In this document: piece by piece, positions 1 to 13,061 of the stretch
Layout of the letters: every line of letters starts with the position of its first letter
Position numbering within the stretch: the stretch's first letter is position 1
Assembly (NCBI GenBank): GCA_965644295.1
Contig: CBFFRP010000123.1
Span: forward strand, 459,033-523,032
DNA length: 64,000 nt
Source: Paraphysomonas bandaiensis
Taxonomy: Eukaryota > Protista > Chrysophyceae
Reading direction: 5' to 3'
Position numbers and translations under genes: made by a program
The notes under the pieces: generated by a model
Seen by the model: the letters and a program-made list of their open reading frames with translations, nothing else
The model's database searches: none
What the model was told of the DNA's origin: nothing

Positions 1-3000
1 GCAGACTCCTGCGGATATGGTAGCCCTGTCTTCAAAAAAGACGTATAAGGGGGATATTCCGAACACGTACGACATGAGTCGTGCTCAAGATGATCTAGCT
101 GACTCCTTTGGAATGGAAGACAAAGGGGCTCCAAGGGAATGGTGAGATTAGTTCAGCCGCAGTAAATGATCTGCTAACTGATGCGAACTGTAGGAACGAA
201 GAAATTCAGTCTATTCGAGCCGTTAAAACCAGTAATATGTCGGAGTATCTGATGAAACAGCGATATGCGCATAGAGTAAGTTACGTTATGTACATTCCCT
301 AGTAGTAATATGGAATAAACCGGTGTCATTATGTTTTGAAGCGCGTGTAATATATATCCGATATGTTGTAGATTATGCAGGAGTTCCAGGAGTCTTGTCG
401 CGTAGGTACTGTGGCCATTAGTCAGGGCCATGTCACAGCTGTAAACCCAATGGACCCTGAGGAGTCACAGGTTTTTGTATTCAACAACATCTTCTTCAGC
501 CGCGCTGTGGATGTACGTGAAACATTCAAAGTGTGTGAAGGCAATGAGGCCTGCAGAAAGTCTGCTGGACAGGACCTGAAGTGTCAGAAGTTAATTCAGG
601 ACTTAGGTTAGTCCTTTATCCCATGATCACCCTTTTAAACTATTTATATATAGGTGTAACGGGTTTACATACTGTTCTTACTGCTGTGATTGACTACAAG
701 GGTCAAAGATGGTTGGGTCAGAGTGTCATTCCCGGAATATTGCAAACGGTGAGTAAATGCTATTTCTTGTGGTCGGTTTTCGGCCTGACAGGTGCAAATG
801 GTTAGGGAGAGAGTGCAGCTCGGTTGATGTACGGTATTCTCGAAGATGGAACCAGACTTAAGGTACAAAGTTTACATGTAATGTATTTTTCTTTCCATTC
901 GAACTTAATATTTCATTCATCGAGTATGATAAAAATGTCATATTGTGAGATGAGTGAAGTCGTTGTTCGATACAATAGAGACTGACAAAGACCAAAATAG
1001 TCTTGTTTGGTGCTAAAGCACTCAGTCTTTGTCTCTTAGTCTATAGCCCACATTCAACGAACTCATTGTGTGTGTGGTGGAAATGGAGACATACATGTTA
1101 CTAATATTCTATTTGATACAGTGTAAAGCCGAGGGACTGGAAATAATGAAGGAGCTTGGGGAAAAGCTTGATTTGGCTGAGCGCACCGTTCCTGCTATTC
1201 CGGCTTCCATTCCTGGTTCCAAACTACCCAATAAAGAAGACCCAAACACTGCAATGTTGGGTTTTCTTGCAAGTGGCGATTCACAGGACAAAGTGATTCG
1301 GGTGGATGATAATGACGAAGTATATCCTCTGGACTCCCCGACTATTACGCATATTGGTCCTATCGAAGGAAAGCTGATTCGAGGCTCTGATGGTAGAGTA
1401 TATGTTCTTGAGATGGCTCGCCTGACCCCCAGGGATGCAAACTATGTGAAGGTTTATATATTTGTTGGAATTTTGTTGCAGTAATGATAGTGCACTAGGG
1501 ACCAAAAGGAACAGGCAACATTAAGGAATCTAGCTTGAATAAAGTAGACGATAACATTTGCATTGTGTACACTCTTAGAGACGAGCTGATTCGCACATTC
1601 CGGCAGGTACTGTTTTGTTTTATATATTACTGTCCGTCACTATCGAGCAGGATAGCACTATGAAACTCCGCCAAGCCGAAATGGTTAAACTTCTGGAGAA
1701 AATCAATCTCGAAAAGAAAGAAGAAAAGGAATCTGATAATAAAGAATTAGAGAATGGCGATGGAAAAGAACAACCCGCTGCTGAAGAGACAACTGAAGTA
1801 AGTGCAGCCACAAGTGGGACAGACGAAGGTGCCAAAAAGAAAGCGGCTCTTGCAGATGCAGAGTCCATATTTAACCCAGAGGTTATTCAGAAACTTCAGT
1901 CGCTTCAGACAGAGTTTTCTATTAATCCTAATTGCTTCCTTGAGAACCCATGTGATGTGGACGCAACTGTGGCAGAGGCCGACGAGAAGTTTGCGCGCGA
2001 GCTAGCTGACTTTTTGTTTAAAACCATTCTTCCAATGGTGACTGAATTAATCAGAATGGGAGAGGATAAGCCCCTTGATGGCAAAGCTTTAACTGATTAC
2101 CTTCATGGTCATGGCATTAACATGCGGTATTTGGGGGAGTTGTGCATGCGTGCCAGGGCTGAAGAAGCCATTGAAATGGAAAACTTGAAGAATAAGCAAA
2201 GACGAAAGAACCCGATGCCACTGTATTGGCTGGAACTTTTGGAAGTGGAGATTATTGCCCGTTGTATGAAGCATATGGTTAACGATATCCTTGGAGCTGA
2301 CAATTCTTTACGCGCAGCTCCAGCGAATGTTGTGTCCCATCTACTGAACCTTCTTCTAGGTACTGGTGAGAGCACAGTTCCACTTTCTGTGACAGAATCT
2401 CTCTCTCTGATCGAAAATCAGAAATCCGGAGATAAAAAGAAGAAGTCGAAGAAATCTGCTGGTGGAAAGGGAAGTGGTGCTGCCTTTGGTGTCACTGATA
2501 CATTGCCTTTCACCTCTGCATTCAATATGTCTAAGGAGCAGTTTTGGAAGAAATACACTCATTTGGCAGAGTCAAAATTTTTATACACCCACGCTCTAAT
2601 TCATAGGCACGAGTCTGGAAGCGATGCCTTCAAGAAGCAAGGACCATTCACGATATCCGCTAGACTCTCTAAATTGGCTATTCTTCGCCGTGTGTGCCAG
2701 ATTAGTGGCATTCGCATTGTTTGCAAAAATTACGACTTCTCATCTCCTGCCCCATTCGGCGAATCGGACGTTCAGGATATGTTTCCTATCATTAAATCAT
2801 GTGAGCCCGACAGTCCAGTTCCTGAAGCCAAGTACTTTTTGGAAGAATCTAAGGTCTTCCTGCAGCAAGGTAATGCTGCAGCTGCCTACGAACGAGCTCA
2901 AGATGCTTCGAGATATGTATCTCAGGTATTAATGCATCTCTTTATTGAGGACGATGTCTGAAATATCTGCTTTCAGGTGGTTGGCCCCATTCATCGTGAT

Positions 3001-3687
3001 TGTAGCCGTGCTCTTGAGATTATGTGCCAAGTTCTTCTTCACATCGGTGATAACAAGGCTGCCGTTAGCTCTCTGTCAAAGAAGCTCACGATTGATGTTC
3101 AACTTCAGGGTCTCGATAGCGCAGACACTATTCAGAATCACTTGAGCCTCAGCAGCGCCTATCAGGAACTCGGTAACTATGTTGCTGCTGCTGCTCATGT
3201 GCAAACGGCGATGTATATCATGAAGCTGTGCTGCGGCGAAGAGCACCCTGACATATCATCGGTATATCTTAGACTCTCTGGCATTTTTTATAGTGTAGGA
3301 AAGTTTGACACTGCTTTCAAATGTCTGTACACAGCGAAGTTGCTGGTAGACAGAAATGGCGATCAGGGAACGCACGCTCTGATATGTCAGAGCATGGCAG
3401 ATATCTACTCGCAACAAGATAACTTCAAGGACGCTATCACACTTCAAAAGCAGTGCTATGTCATTTCCCGTCAGCTATTCGGCGAAAGTGATCCTCGTAC
3501 ATCTGAGGCAAAGTCGCGCTTTGAGGTTCTGATTCGCAAATCTGCTGAAAAAAATGAAAAGCAGATTAATGAGAAAGCAGAACGACAGAAGACTGAAAAA
3601 GAGAAAAGCAATTCCATGTGGCTTGAAGATGACTTCGGGTCAAAGCCAAACAAAAAAGGAAAGAGCAAGAAAGGGAAGAAGAAATAG
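1..3687 (+). CDS. CLU1: Clustered mitochondria protein (CLU1/TIF31/CLUH family), 5'-partial, multi-exon
   Basis: CLU-domain motifs across exons (TAVIDYKGQRWLGQSVIPGIL; EGKLIRGSDGRVYVLEMARLTPRDANY), CLU-central motif (LTDYLHGHGINMRYLG) and C-terminal TPR-like repeats (2977-3687). Short GT-AG introns plus one 259-nt intron (863-1121). The frame is open at base 1. Confidence 0.9.
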
Positions 3688-4429
3688 AAACTGTAGAGAG
3701 GATTAGAACTCCTGCACTGATTGTATAACTGGAGTTTCAGTGGGAATCAGATGCACTCTTAGTTAGAAATAATCCCTTGTTAATTAATACATTCTTCCGA
3801 ATCACAACGAAGGCATAGTTATTTTTAATATATTTTTATGCATGTACGTACACAACGATATAGTTATATTTAACTACGGGTAAAAGAAAGATATTTTGTC
3901 ACGCGCTAAAAATTTGAATCGAGGGCTTAAATTCGGACAAGGAGCGATACTCCTATTAATAGGATTAGCATATGTGAATTATATTGTTCAATGAGCGATA
4001 TATATCACAAACTGAATTAATGATAGTATCTGTTGAGGATCAAGGATCGTCATCATAATGATCGTCATTGTCAGTTATATATGTAATATCTAATTTTTAT
4101 CCCTAGGTTGCATTGTAGCTTCTTCTCATGATATTGAAAACCTAATATGTATAACTTTCTTGATATTGGAGGAAATATGTGTTCCCTGATTAACATTAGT
4201 AAAAAAGAAAAGTATAGTTTGAAGTTAGTAGTATTTATAAGTATGCTTAGCGAACCTAAACTGGCATTAGCCAAAAAAATCATAAACTTTCAAAGCTCCT
4301 GATGGAAGCAATTGCGATGAATTGAATTTCGCAGACAAATGTAATGATGAATGTATGCTTTACTAGTAGTGCAACTGACTCGAATGCAGAGTGTATGATA
4401 TAAATTCAACCTAGAAATCAATGCTACAA

Positions 4430-4507
4430 TTCCTATGTGGTTTTTGGTGGCTGCGTATCCGTTAGTTATTTCTCGTGATATAAAGAGTTTATCTACAGCT
4501 TCGAATC
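4430..4507 (+). repeat. Degenerate dispersed repeat (second copy at ~34944-35019)
   Basis: tggtttttggtggctgcgtatccgttagttat...tttatctacagcttcgaat aligns with tggtttttggtggttgcgtattcgtcagttat...tttatctacagctttgaaat. Confidence 0.7.
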
Positions 4508-5799
4508 GCTCTCAAATAGCAGAACTCAACAAGTGCTACAATTTATAAAAGTTCTTTAATAATTTTCAGCAGATGTGGTATTTGAACACCACTATAATTT
4601 TCTTGAAGTAGTGTTTCAAATCCCTGGTTATGAGATAGATCTCTTGCATTCACATCAGACGAAGGATTGAATAAAACTTGGAATATTCAATATAATGCTT
4701 TTGAGAGTTGAGTCGTCCTTGTGGTTTTACTAGAATTGTGTATTATAATGAAACACATGCAAATGACTGTTAATGCCCTTATCAAAATACCGATTCTTGA
4801 AGTTGAATAACTATATATGCGAATATGAGCGTTCTATTCAATGTAATTTATTTTGAAAACGCTTTTTTGAGACATAATGGATTGCAATTGAGGCCCATCA
4901 TAACTCGTTTGAATAGAAATATAGGCCGAAATGACTTATATCTTATATCGTACATCAAATATCAATATCGGATCAAGAACTCAGCACTTTGATTTGAGAG
5001 TAAATCTGACGTGGATTCAAGGGCTATTGAAAAGAATGTTGGCAGAATTTATGTAAAAATGAGATCGCGAAAGAGCTTAAAAAAGGTTTCTCGTTCATTT
5101 GGATTTGAGCATATCATTAAGAATTTGTATACACTTAAGAAGTACTTGTGAACTTCTACATTATATACTAGTGTGATCGTTTATCCTATTTGGCCGTTGC
5201 AATCTCATTATTGTCACGTGCATTACTTGTGTAGATGCATTCAACATATAATATATAACAGTGCGCTTGTGAAGAGTAGGTATAATCATCCTTGATTAAC
5301 TTACTTTCACAGCTACACAAAAATTTAGTTCTTGGAAGAGATATAATACAATATGAAGCCCCTTAGCAATAAAATAATACTTCGAAACGCCAGAATATAT
5401 TATATTTTATGATTCCCCCTGAGCTGCTAATTCACGAGGTCAAATATATTAGCGTATAGATGGCATTTGTAGTATCTATATCTCCTCCATTATACATACA
5501 CCTATACAGTATTCTCCACTTCATAAAGTGTATTATAAGTACAGCACTATACTACAGATAGTAAGTTTCTCAGTAAATACACGATACACACATACCAAAG
5601 ACGAATCAAGGGCCTCGAAGAGTTTCCTCATAGAATCATATAGCAAAATATCTCCCCTGAACCTCATCCTGAGGAGGCATTCATTCGAAGACCAGCACTG
5701 ATAGTATGGAAGACAAGAGTTGATGCTGTATTAACACTCACATATACATGCGCATTCATCACTCTGTCTGATTTCATTCGAGCAGTTCACTTAGAGTTA

Positions 5800-6303
5800 C
5801 AGCGCATTCTCGATATATCGCGATGTATTCCACTAATCTTCTTTCAACTTCAATATAATTGGAAATTTTCAGTCGCTTAGCATCTGGATTTACAATGACA
5901 TCGTATTTACCAGCTTCATATGCCTTAAGATAGCCGCGCATGGTAGCGTCTTTAACTCCATTAGCCCTGCACCATGCTCCAAAATTTCTACGAGAACTTC
6001 CAAGCCACTTTTCACATAATTGCTTTTGAACTTCAAGAGTCAGTGATTTCCTTTTTCCTGACATACTGTAATATTTACTGACACTTTCAATATGTTTGTA
6101 ATTAAGCAGCAATATTTCCTGTTCAAAATTCCTGACACAGTATTTTCATGTATATATCTACATATATCTATTAGGGACAATGTTCTTTATTAGTACATTT
6201 CAGTTTTCCATTATAATTATGTGTGATGAAGTGTCCTGGACCAAAATCCGCGATATAAAAGGGTATCGCGATATACATACCGCGATATATCGAGAATGCG
6301 CTG
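5800..6303 (-). mobile_element. Non-autonomous pogo/Tc1-mariner element (internal deletion derivative) retaining the N-terminal HTH part of the transposase
   Basis: 23-bp TIR CAGCGCATTCTCGATATATCGCG at 5800 and its reverse complement ending at 6303; TA on both flanks; subterminal CGCGATATA repeats. The minus ORF MSGKRKSLTLEVQKQLC...KRLKISNYIEVERRLVEYI resembles psq/CENP-B HTH and runs directly into the TIR. Confidence 0.85.
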
Positions 6304-6447
6304 TACTGCCTTGCCATGGGCGGCGTGACATGGAATCGAATAGATACAGGCAGCAAGATCAGAGTATACCGCCGTATACCCTACACAATACAATATAGAA
6401 TACTACGTATATACCTCAGTATCCTATCCGAAATACGCTGTAGTTTT

Positions 6448-6496
6448 ATCCCAATTGAAAATATTATATTTTGGGTAAAACCAAAACTATATAAAT
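6448..6496 (+). promoter_or_regulatory. Putative U1 snRNA promoter (USE-like ATCCCAATTG at ~-70, TATA box at ~-30)
   Basis: TATATAAAT at 6488-6496 and ATCCCAATTG at 6448-6457, upstream of the U1 +1 at 6520. Confidence 0.45.
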
Positions 6497-6519
6497 GGCT
6501 GTAACACCCACTCTCAATC

Positions 6520-6689
6520 ATACTTACCTGTTCGCGGTTTGGGGCCGATCAAGCAAAGCCCTGGCCCCCCTTTGAGCAGGCCATTGCACTGGCGCAAGCC
6601 TGAGGTGCTGTAATTTGGGGTGAACATCCTTCGGGGTGTCTCAGCGGAATAATTTTTGACAGCTGGAGACTGCGCTTGTCGCGTCTCCT
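6520..6689 (+). ncRNA. U1: U1 spliceosomal snRNA
   Basis: 5' AUACUUACCUG (5' splice-site pairing), GAUCAA loop I (U1-70K site), CCAUUGCACU loop II (U1A site), Sm site AUAAUUUUUGA, terminal stem GGAGAC...GUCUCC; ~170 nt. Confidence 0.95.
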
Positions 6690-7645
6690 TCACACACATA
6701 CATACATTTATACATATATACATACATTCATGCAAGATACATTTTTACATATCCCACACAATATGAGTGAATCTTTCAGTTGAATTACTTTAATAGAGAA
6801 TTGATGATACCGCATTTCGTAGTGAAGGTATTAATCAGTTCATGAAATGGGAACTCTCTGTATCGCAATCTCAGATATGACTATGGATTTTAGTGTACTG
6901 CATAGATTTTTGATGTGATACGAGATTACATGGATGTCTGTCGTAACATTTAGAGCAGTAATAAAAGTATGTTGACTAAGTACTGCCAGTATGCTGCAGT
7001 TTGTAATATAAGCGAGTTGGGTTGTTCGTTCAATAATTATTATACCTATGCCTAATGTGTTATCATGCTATCCAAACGCAATCCTTGCATGCTGCGTATA
7101 CGCAGCACATGGAGCAATTATCACTCCATTATTATCTCACACGCTAATGTTTTGTTCGTCTATGCATAACGCTTACATGTTGTAGTGATAGTCGAAGTAG
7201 TGCTAGATGCAGAGTGCCGTGAAGTTAAGATTATATACACAATGGCTTCTTACTCTAGTGTGTAGTGTGTATTCCGATCAATAACTTTTCACGTCTTACT
7301 GCGCGTAGCAAGGTGCTTATGTCAAATACCAAAGTACCAGGAAAATATTATGCGCAATACCCAGGTGCCTGAAATATACATTTAAATTTCGGTAATCGGC
7401 ACTCTTTCCACAAACATAACATATAAACTGAATATCTGTATGGTAAATTGTAGCTTGGAAAAGCACACATGTGTTACATATTTGCTGTCGAAGTGCTTAC
7501 TCTTACATAACAGCTCCATGGAAAGAAACTGAAAAGTACGCGCATGAAATACTTGCTACGAACAACTACAAAAATGACTGGGCTAGTATCCAATTACAGA
7601 GCCAGTACCAACTGAAATGCAGACACGCAATACCATACTCTCCCT

Positions 7646-9127
7646 TTAGATAAATGCATTAGGCAACTTCTTGTAACGCACCATAACATGATTCTTCGGC
7701 CCGACCACCATGGCGGTATAGTCCGGTTCGGGGAACTCTTTGTCAACAGGCTCTATCTTGAAGTTTCTGAGCAGTACTGACATGATAACTTTCACCTGGA
7801 GGAGACCAAACTGTTGGCCCATACAAGCGTGCATTCCACCTCCGAAAGCGAGATAGGCAAACTGCGTCTTCTGTTCGTTCCTCTCTGGACCGAAGCGCTC
7901 CGGTTCAAAGGAGTTAGGATTAGTGAACACAGACTCAAGTCTTGAGGCCGCAGCTGGGGAGGTCACACAGATGTCGCCCTTGGGAATGATGTACTTAGTG
8001 CCATTAGAAGTTGTCTCGATATCTTGCATCGCCATGCGCATAAGCATGATCAAAGGAGGATGCATGCGTAGAGCCTCTTTCACACAATTTTGAAGATAAT
8101 CCATTCTCCCAACCTATAACAAATAAGACACAACGTTGACTATAGTGGGCTATAATACCTCATCAAAATCAAGGTTTGCAGAGCGAGAGGGGAGCACTTC
8201 ATCCTGTTCCTCCATCACTTTATCCAGACACCGCTGGTGGAATATAAGAAACATAAGGGTCCAAGTCGACGTAATGGAAGATGTGTGCTGCCCAGCAAAA
8301 AGAAGGGCGATGAGAAGCCCCACAATCTCCTCATCAGTAAGCTTGCCACCTTCCTTGTACTCAAGGTCCATGAAAACCTGTAGAATATCTGTGCGGTCCG
8401 ACCCATCACCACCCTTGGCACGACGCTCAGCAATAACTTTAGAAAAGATCTTAATCATTTCCTGACGGGCTCTGTCGCGAATTCTATGTGCCTCAGTGGG
8501 AGCATTGGGAAAGAAAAAGGACAATGGGGTGACACCCTTGTCGAGATCGTGGTAAATCCTTGCTACATCCTCAAACATACCTTCTCTCACCTCATCACCA
8601 TGAAGACACCGTGAAGCAGTCAAAATAGTGAGTTCAGACAATGCATCTAAAATGTTGATTTCACCAGAGTCTCCCCAGCGCTTAAGGTATTGGATAGTCT
8701 CCATTTCAATTTTCGGAATGTAAGCCTTTAGACGATTTGAGCGCAAGGCTTGGGCCATGTGTTGCATCTGCTGCATTCGTTTCTTTGGCTCGGCGTCATA
8801 AACAACACCCTTACCAAACACAGGGGTCATAAACCCATAAACTTCAGGTTGACTCATGTAGTCATCGCTAAGACGAAAGAAAGGGGCTGATGTCTCCGGG
8901 CCGACCAAGAACGTAAGTTTTTTATGAAGCATAGGAACAGTGTAGAGTGGTCCAAATTTTTTGCGGCATATTTCAATAAAATTGATCGGGTTCTTAGCAA
9001 ACTCAATGTAGTTTCCAATGAGAGGGGCTCCGACAGATGCCAGTGGAGGGGAGTTGCTAGGCCGGCGGGAAAAGATAAAATAAGCTATGACAATAGCCAC
9101 TACAATGGCTACTACTACAGGAAGCAT
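7646..9127 (-). CDS. CYP51: Sterol 14-alpha-demethylase (cytochrome P450 CYP51), 2 exons, intron 8114-8158
   Basis: N-terminal TM helix, YGFMTPVFGKGVVYD, I-helix LLFAGQHTSS, K-helix EALR, PERF, heme motif FGGGMHACMG. A 45-nt GT-AG intron joins the two ORFs in frame. Confidence 0.95.
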
Positions 9128-9494
9128 TATGAATATGCCCTTGCAACTGATTCTTCAGTGATAATATAATATATATAATACTATCCCACTGCAAGATCAA
9201 GTATAGTTGAGATATGAATCACTCTGTTGGTATTGAAGAGGTTTTTTGAACTGAAGGAACCTGTGCTTGTTTTGTGTGGTTGTTGTTGGTGTTTAGCATG
9301 GACTGCTGAGTATGAGGACATGAAACCAAATGATTCCTATTGGAGAAGCTGTAGATACTGGGAGATATAGAGCAGTATCATGTGCTATACAGGTTGTATA
9401 CCCCTGGAATACAGTGGTATGTAAAATGGACAGGAGTTGAGTAGTTGTGATTTAAGGACACTCAGTCGCTAATATCTCCTCTATTTATGTGAAT

Positions 9495-10689
9495 ATGTCG
9501 GAACCAAGTGACCATTGGCCAGATTATGTTGTAGGGCTTACGCTGTTTATGGTCACATCTATTGGTGTATCTCGATTTACTAGATCCCTTGTTAAGCGCT
9601 CTCAGAAGAACATACATATAGAAGACTTCCGTCGAGATGGTGTGGTTGTCATTCCTAATGTACTTTCCCCAGCCGAAGTCCAGGAAATTAGGAAATCTTT
9701 TCACGACTTTCTGGCAACACGAGGGGTACGTTTCTCATGCTGACACTGCACCATTGTAACCTATCCGAAAGTGTGATGTAGATAATTTGCCCGATACCGC
9801 AGATGCTCTGTCTTCTATGTCTTCGACCGGAGGTGCAGGTGGAATTTTAGATGTTTTCTACGAGCCTTGGAAGTTAAGAGTTAATGAGCATCCTAAAGTT
9901 GTTGATTGGCTTGTGTCCTTGTTGGGTGCATCGTACAGTAAATGTGTTGCTCCATTCAACCACCCGTACGGAGTATTTAATGCCCAGCAGGTGTATATGT
10001 ATATTGATAGAGTGTGCTTTAGGATTCCCAATGCTATTTCCTCTCGTTTTAAAGTTAAAAAAAAGAAAGGATTGCAGCGGTCTCTAACGCCGCATTTGGA
10101 TTGTTGCCCCCATCGAATGCATGAAAGCGACAAAAAAACTCCCAAGTGGCGACCAATTCAAGCTTTTATTGCTTTAACAGATACATTACATCCTAATGAA
10201 GGAGGCTTTGAGGCACATCCTGGGTTTCATATGCAGTTTGATGAGTGGTCGCGAAAAAGGCCTCCAAGTGAAGGTTATGGTGGCTTGCCTACCCCACCTC
10301 CATGCGTTGGGGAGTTTACTCCTATTCGTCCGCAAGAGGATAAGGAAATAATTGCTGGTATGATATGTTTACATTATAAATTGCTATGTATGATTATTTG
10401 GACAGGCATGAAACACATACCATGTCGTGCAGGTGATCTCGTATGCTGGGATTATAGAATTCCACATGCTAACGCCCGTCGGAATGATAGTTCAACCCCA
10501 CGGGAGGTCATATATATAGGTGTACTTCCAGGAATAGACATAAATCGACGGTATGCTGAGGAGCAGCTGAAATCTTTTAGAGAAGGTATTGTACCGACTG
10601 ATCAATGGCATGAGAGTACAGATAGACAGCCATGTATGCATGAGTTTACTGCGCTTGGTCGAAGAATGATGACTATCGATAGTTATTAG
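9495..10689 (+). CDS. 2OG-Fe(II) oxygenase (PhyH/Gig2-like) with N-terminal hydrophobic segment
   Basis: FRRDGVVVIPNVLS, HxD motif (PHLD), IQAFIALTD...EGGF, GDLVCWDYRIPHAN; introns at ~9726-9771 and ~10358-10405. Confidence 0.8.
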
Positions 10690-11184
10690 TGTAGAATTTT
10701 TAGTGTGTGAAATATATGCTCAATGTAATACGTACGCATTCTATTTAATTGACTCGAATGTCAGTATTGACTCTCATCTTCCATTCTTTATAGTATTTTA
10801 CACATCTACTTCGATGAAATACTGAGTGTATTTTCTCTAAACGTTGTAGATGAGAATCTCAGTCTACTTCAGCTATATCAAGGTTGATATATTAGTATTG
10901 CATCATATAGCCTATATATGAATACAGGAGTAGCCAAGCTAATTCATATCCCGCACAACCTATATCATATTACTGTAGTTATTTGTGCCGCTGCACACTG
11001 CACAGCGATTAAAATGACGACATGATGATGCTTTAATGCTTTTACACCCAATAATCGCTATTCCTACAAGACATGGAGTTATCTCTTCTTGATTCAGTAA
11101 TAGCATCAAATACGAGAACAAGGAAGAAAGCAAACTAGGCAACAATTACTCGTATGCATACAATTCACACATGCCTCAAATATT

Positions 11185-12631
11185 TTATATGTCTTCATAT
11201 TTTAGTGCCTTCCCTGATGTACTCGGTCTTCGATATGCTACATTATCATTATCATACAGAACGGGTGCCGAAGACGATCTTGAGCACCGCGTGAACATTT
11301 TTCTATCACTACTACTACTGCTGCTGGGGCTCAAAGGAGGGGTCGCCTTTTGCTGACTAGATATCTGGTGGCTACTGCTTCTTTGATTTCGCACGGGAGA
11401 TGGGAACACTTCAGAGGAAGGAAGAGCAGATGTGGAATGAGAGGGTCGTAACAGAGTCGTAACCGAGTTCTGAGACTTGTGCTGTTTTCCATTTCCCCCT
11501 TTGCCTCCGTCGCTCTGCACAATTAGTCGATCCTTTGGCTCGAACGCTTGTTTTACCGCTATATATTCTTTCTCATCAATATTTATGCACGAGACATGCT
11601 CAATTAGTTTCTCTGTATCAATACCTGGCGGGAGCTTTGCAAGATATCTTATAATCTCGGATGCATGACAAACCTCCAGTATCGCCTCGAACATTTTAAG
11701 GATAGCAATCGCGCAGCGAATAACGAAAACCTCACCGTCAATAAGATATGCATCCCACAATCTTGCTGTGGTATTCATTGGAAGGGCCTTTGAAAACACA
11801 GTCATTGACCAATCCATAAGAAATATCTGTGATGACACGCCTTCTTCTTGGAAATGACTATACAATGTTGGAATGTGAGATTCGAAAAAGTGGTCAAATG
11901 TGGATACATAGCCTGCAATGATATCTGGTTTTAGGCGATAGAAATCAAAAGTTATCCGTTTGCAGATCATGTTTGCAAACGTTTGAAAGGCTGTATATTC
12001 GTCAGCATAGTACACACACATTGCTGCCATGTAGCTCATTCCCTGGACATAACCTAGGTCTGGACGATAGCACGAGAATGTTCGCAATAAACTACCCAGA
12101 CTTGACGACAATGGGCCACTGGAGTGAAATACCTTGCCTGCAGATTGTTCTGCAAAGGTCCTTGGAAGGTCTTGCTCGATGGATACCATTGTCGCTTCTA
12201 GGCCTTGATACATTGTGCATAGATCTGATTGGAGCTATAAGCTAAAATAAAAATGCCACAACGATACACCCATACCGTTAATTTCACCCTTATCTTGACT
12301 TGTTGATTCAAAGTCTGCTTCTAACGCAGCCAGTTTATCCGCCCGATTCTTAAATATCAGATATAATTCCTGGTTTATCTGGAGGGGGTTTTCTATCAAT
12401 AGGCTCCAGGCCTTCCCCCTGACTGCTGCAGGTATTCCCTGGTAACAAAGGTTCCGAAGCGAACTATCATCTCTCGATATTGTTTCCCAGCTGTTGATGA
12501 TTTAAACATTAACTATGCTTTCCATTATATATATTGCAATTCAACCTAAAGAGCATTGTAATCCAGTTCCTGAGAGACTCCTTTGTCTGTGTCTTACGCT
12601 CATCGTCATCATCATCGTCAGCATTTAACAT
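11185..12631 (-). CDS. TBC-domain Rab GTPase-activating protein (TBC1D12/14-like); 5' end uncertain
   Basis: Upstream exon CYQGIPAAVRGKAWSLLI, IEQDLPRTF (Arg finger), YRPDLGYVQGMS (Gln finger), RLWDAYLIDG; short introns. May extend further 5' (~12.98 kb). Confidence 0.85.
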
Positions 12632-13061
12632 TCTTGATAGGTCGAAGACTATCACCTAGTGAGACAATGCAGATGGCATGATTAATATATCCGGTCACAC
12701 TGTTCGTATGATATGTGGAGGATGCACAGTGTGATACGTGACAAAATACATTGTAGTCCGGGAATGGAATACCGCAACAGCAAAGGCTCACAGATAAAAT
12801 TCCCGGATTTTCCAAGTTTTTGATAAAAAGACCCAAGAATCAAAAACCATATTTCCTGTGTTTTTGTGTCTTGAATATAGCGTAGGAGTTCCGGATTAGC
12901 TCTGTACATATGTTAGAGTTCTGCTCATGGACACTGATACATATACTAACCAGCTTAGTTCCATTCAATGTCATGAATTTCATTTGAAATATTTGTATAT
13001 TAACGTGGAAATATTGTGACGCGAACAGTCTGTGAGACTGGGAAGAAATTCATAGTGAAAT

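Noticed and set aside
4050-5150. Possible decayed coding sequence between CLU1 and the pogo remnant
   Set aside because: No recognisable motif in any frame; only the short dispersed repeat is supportable.
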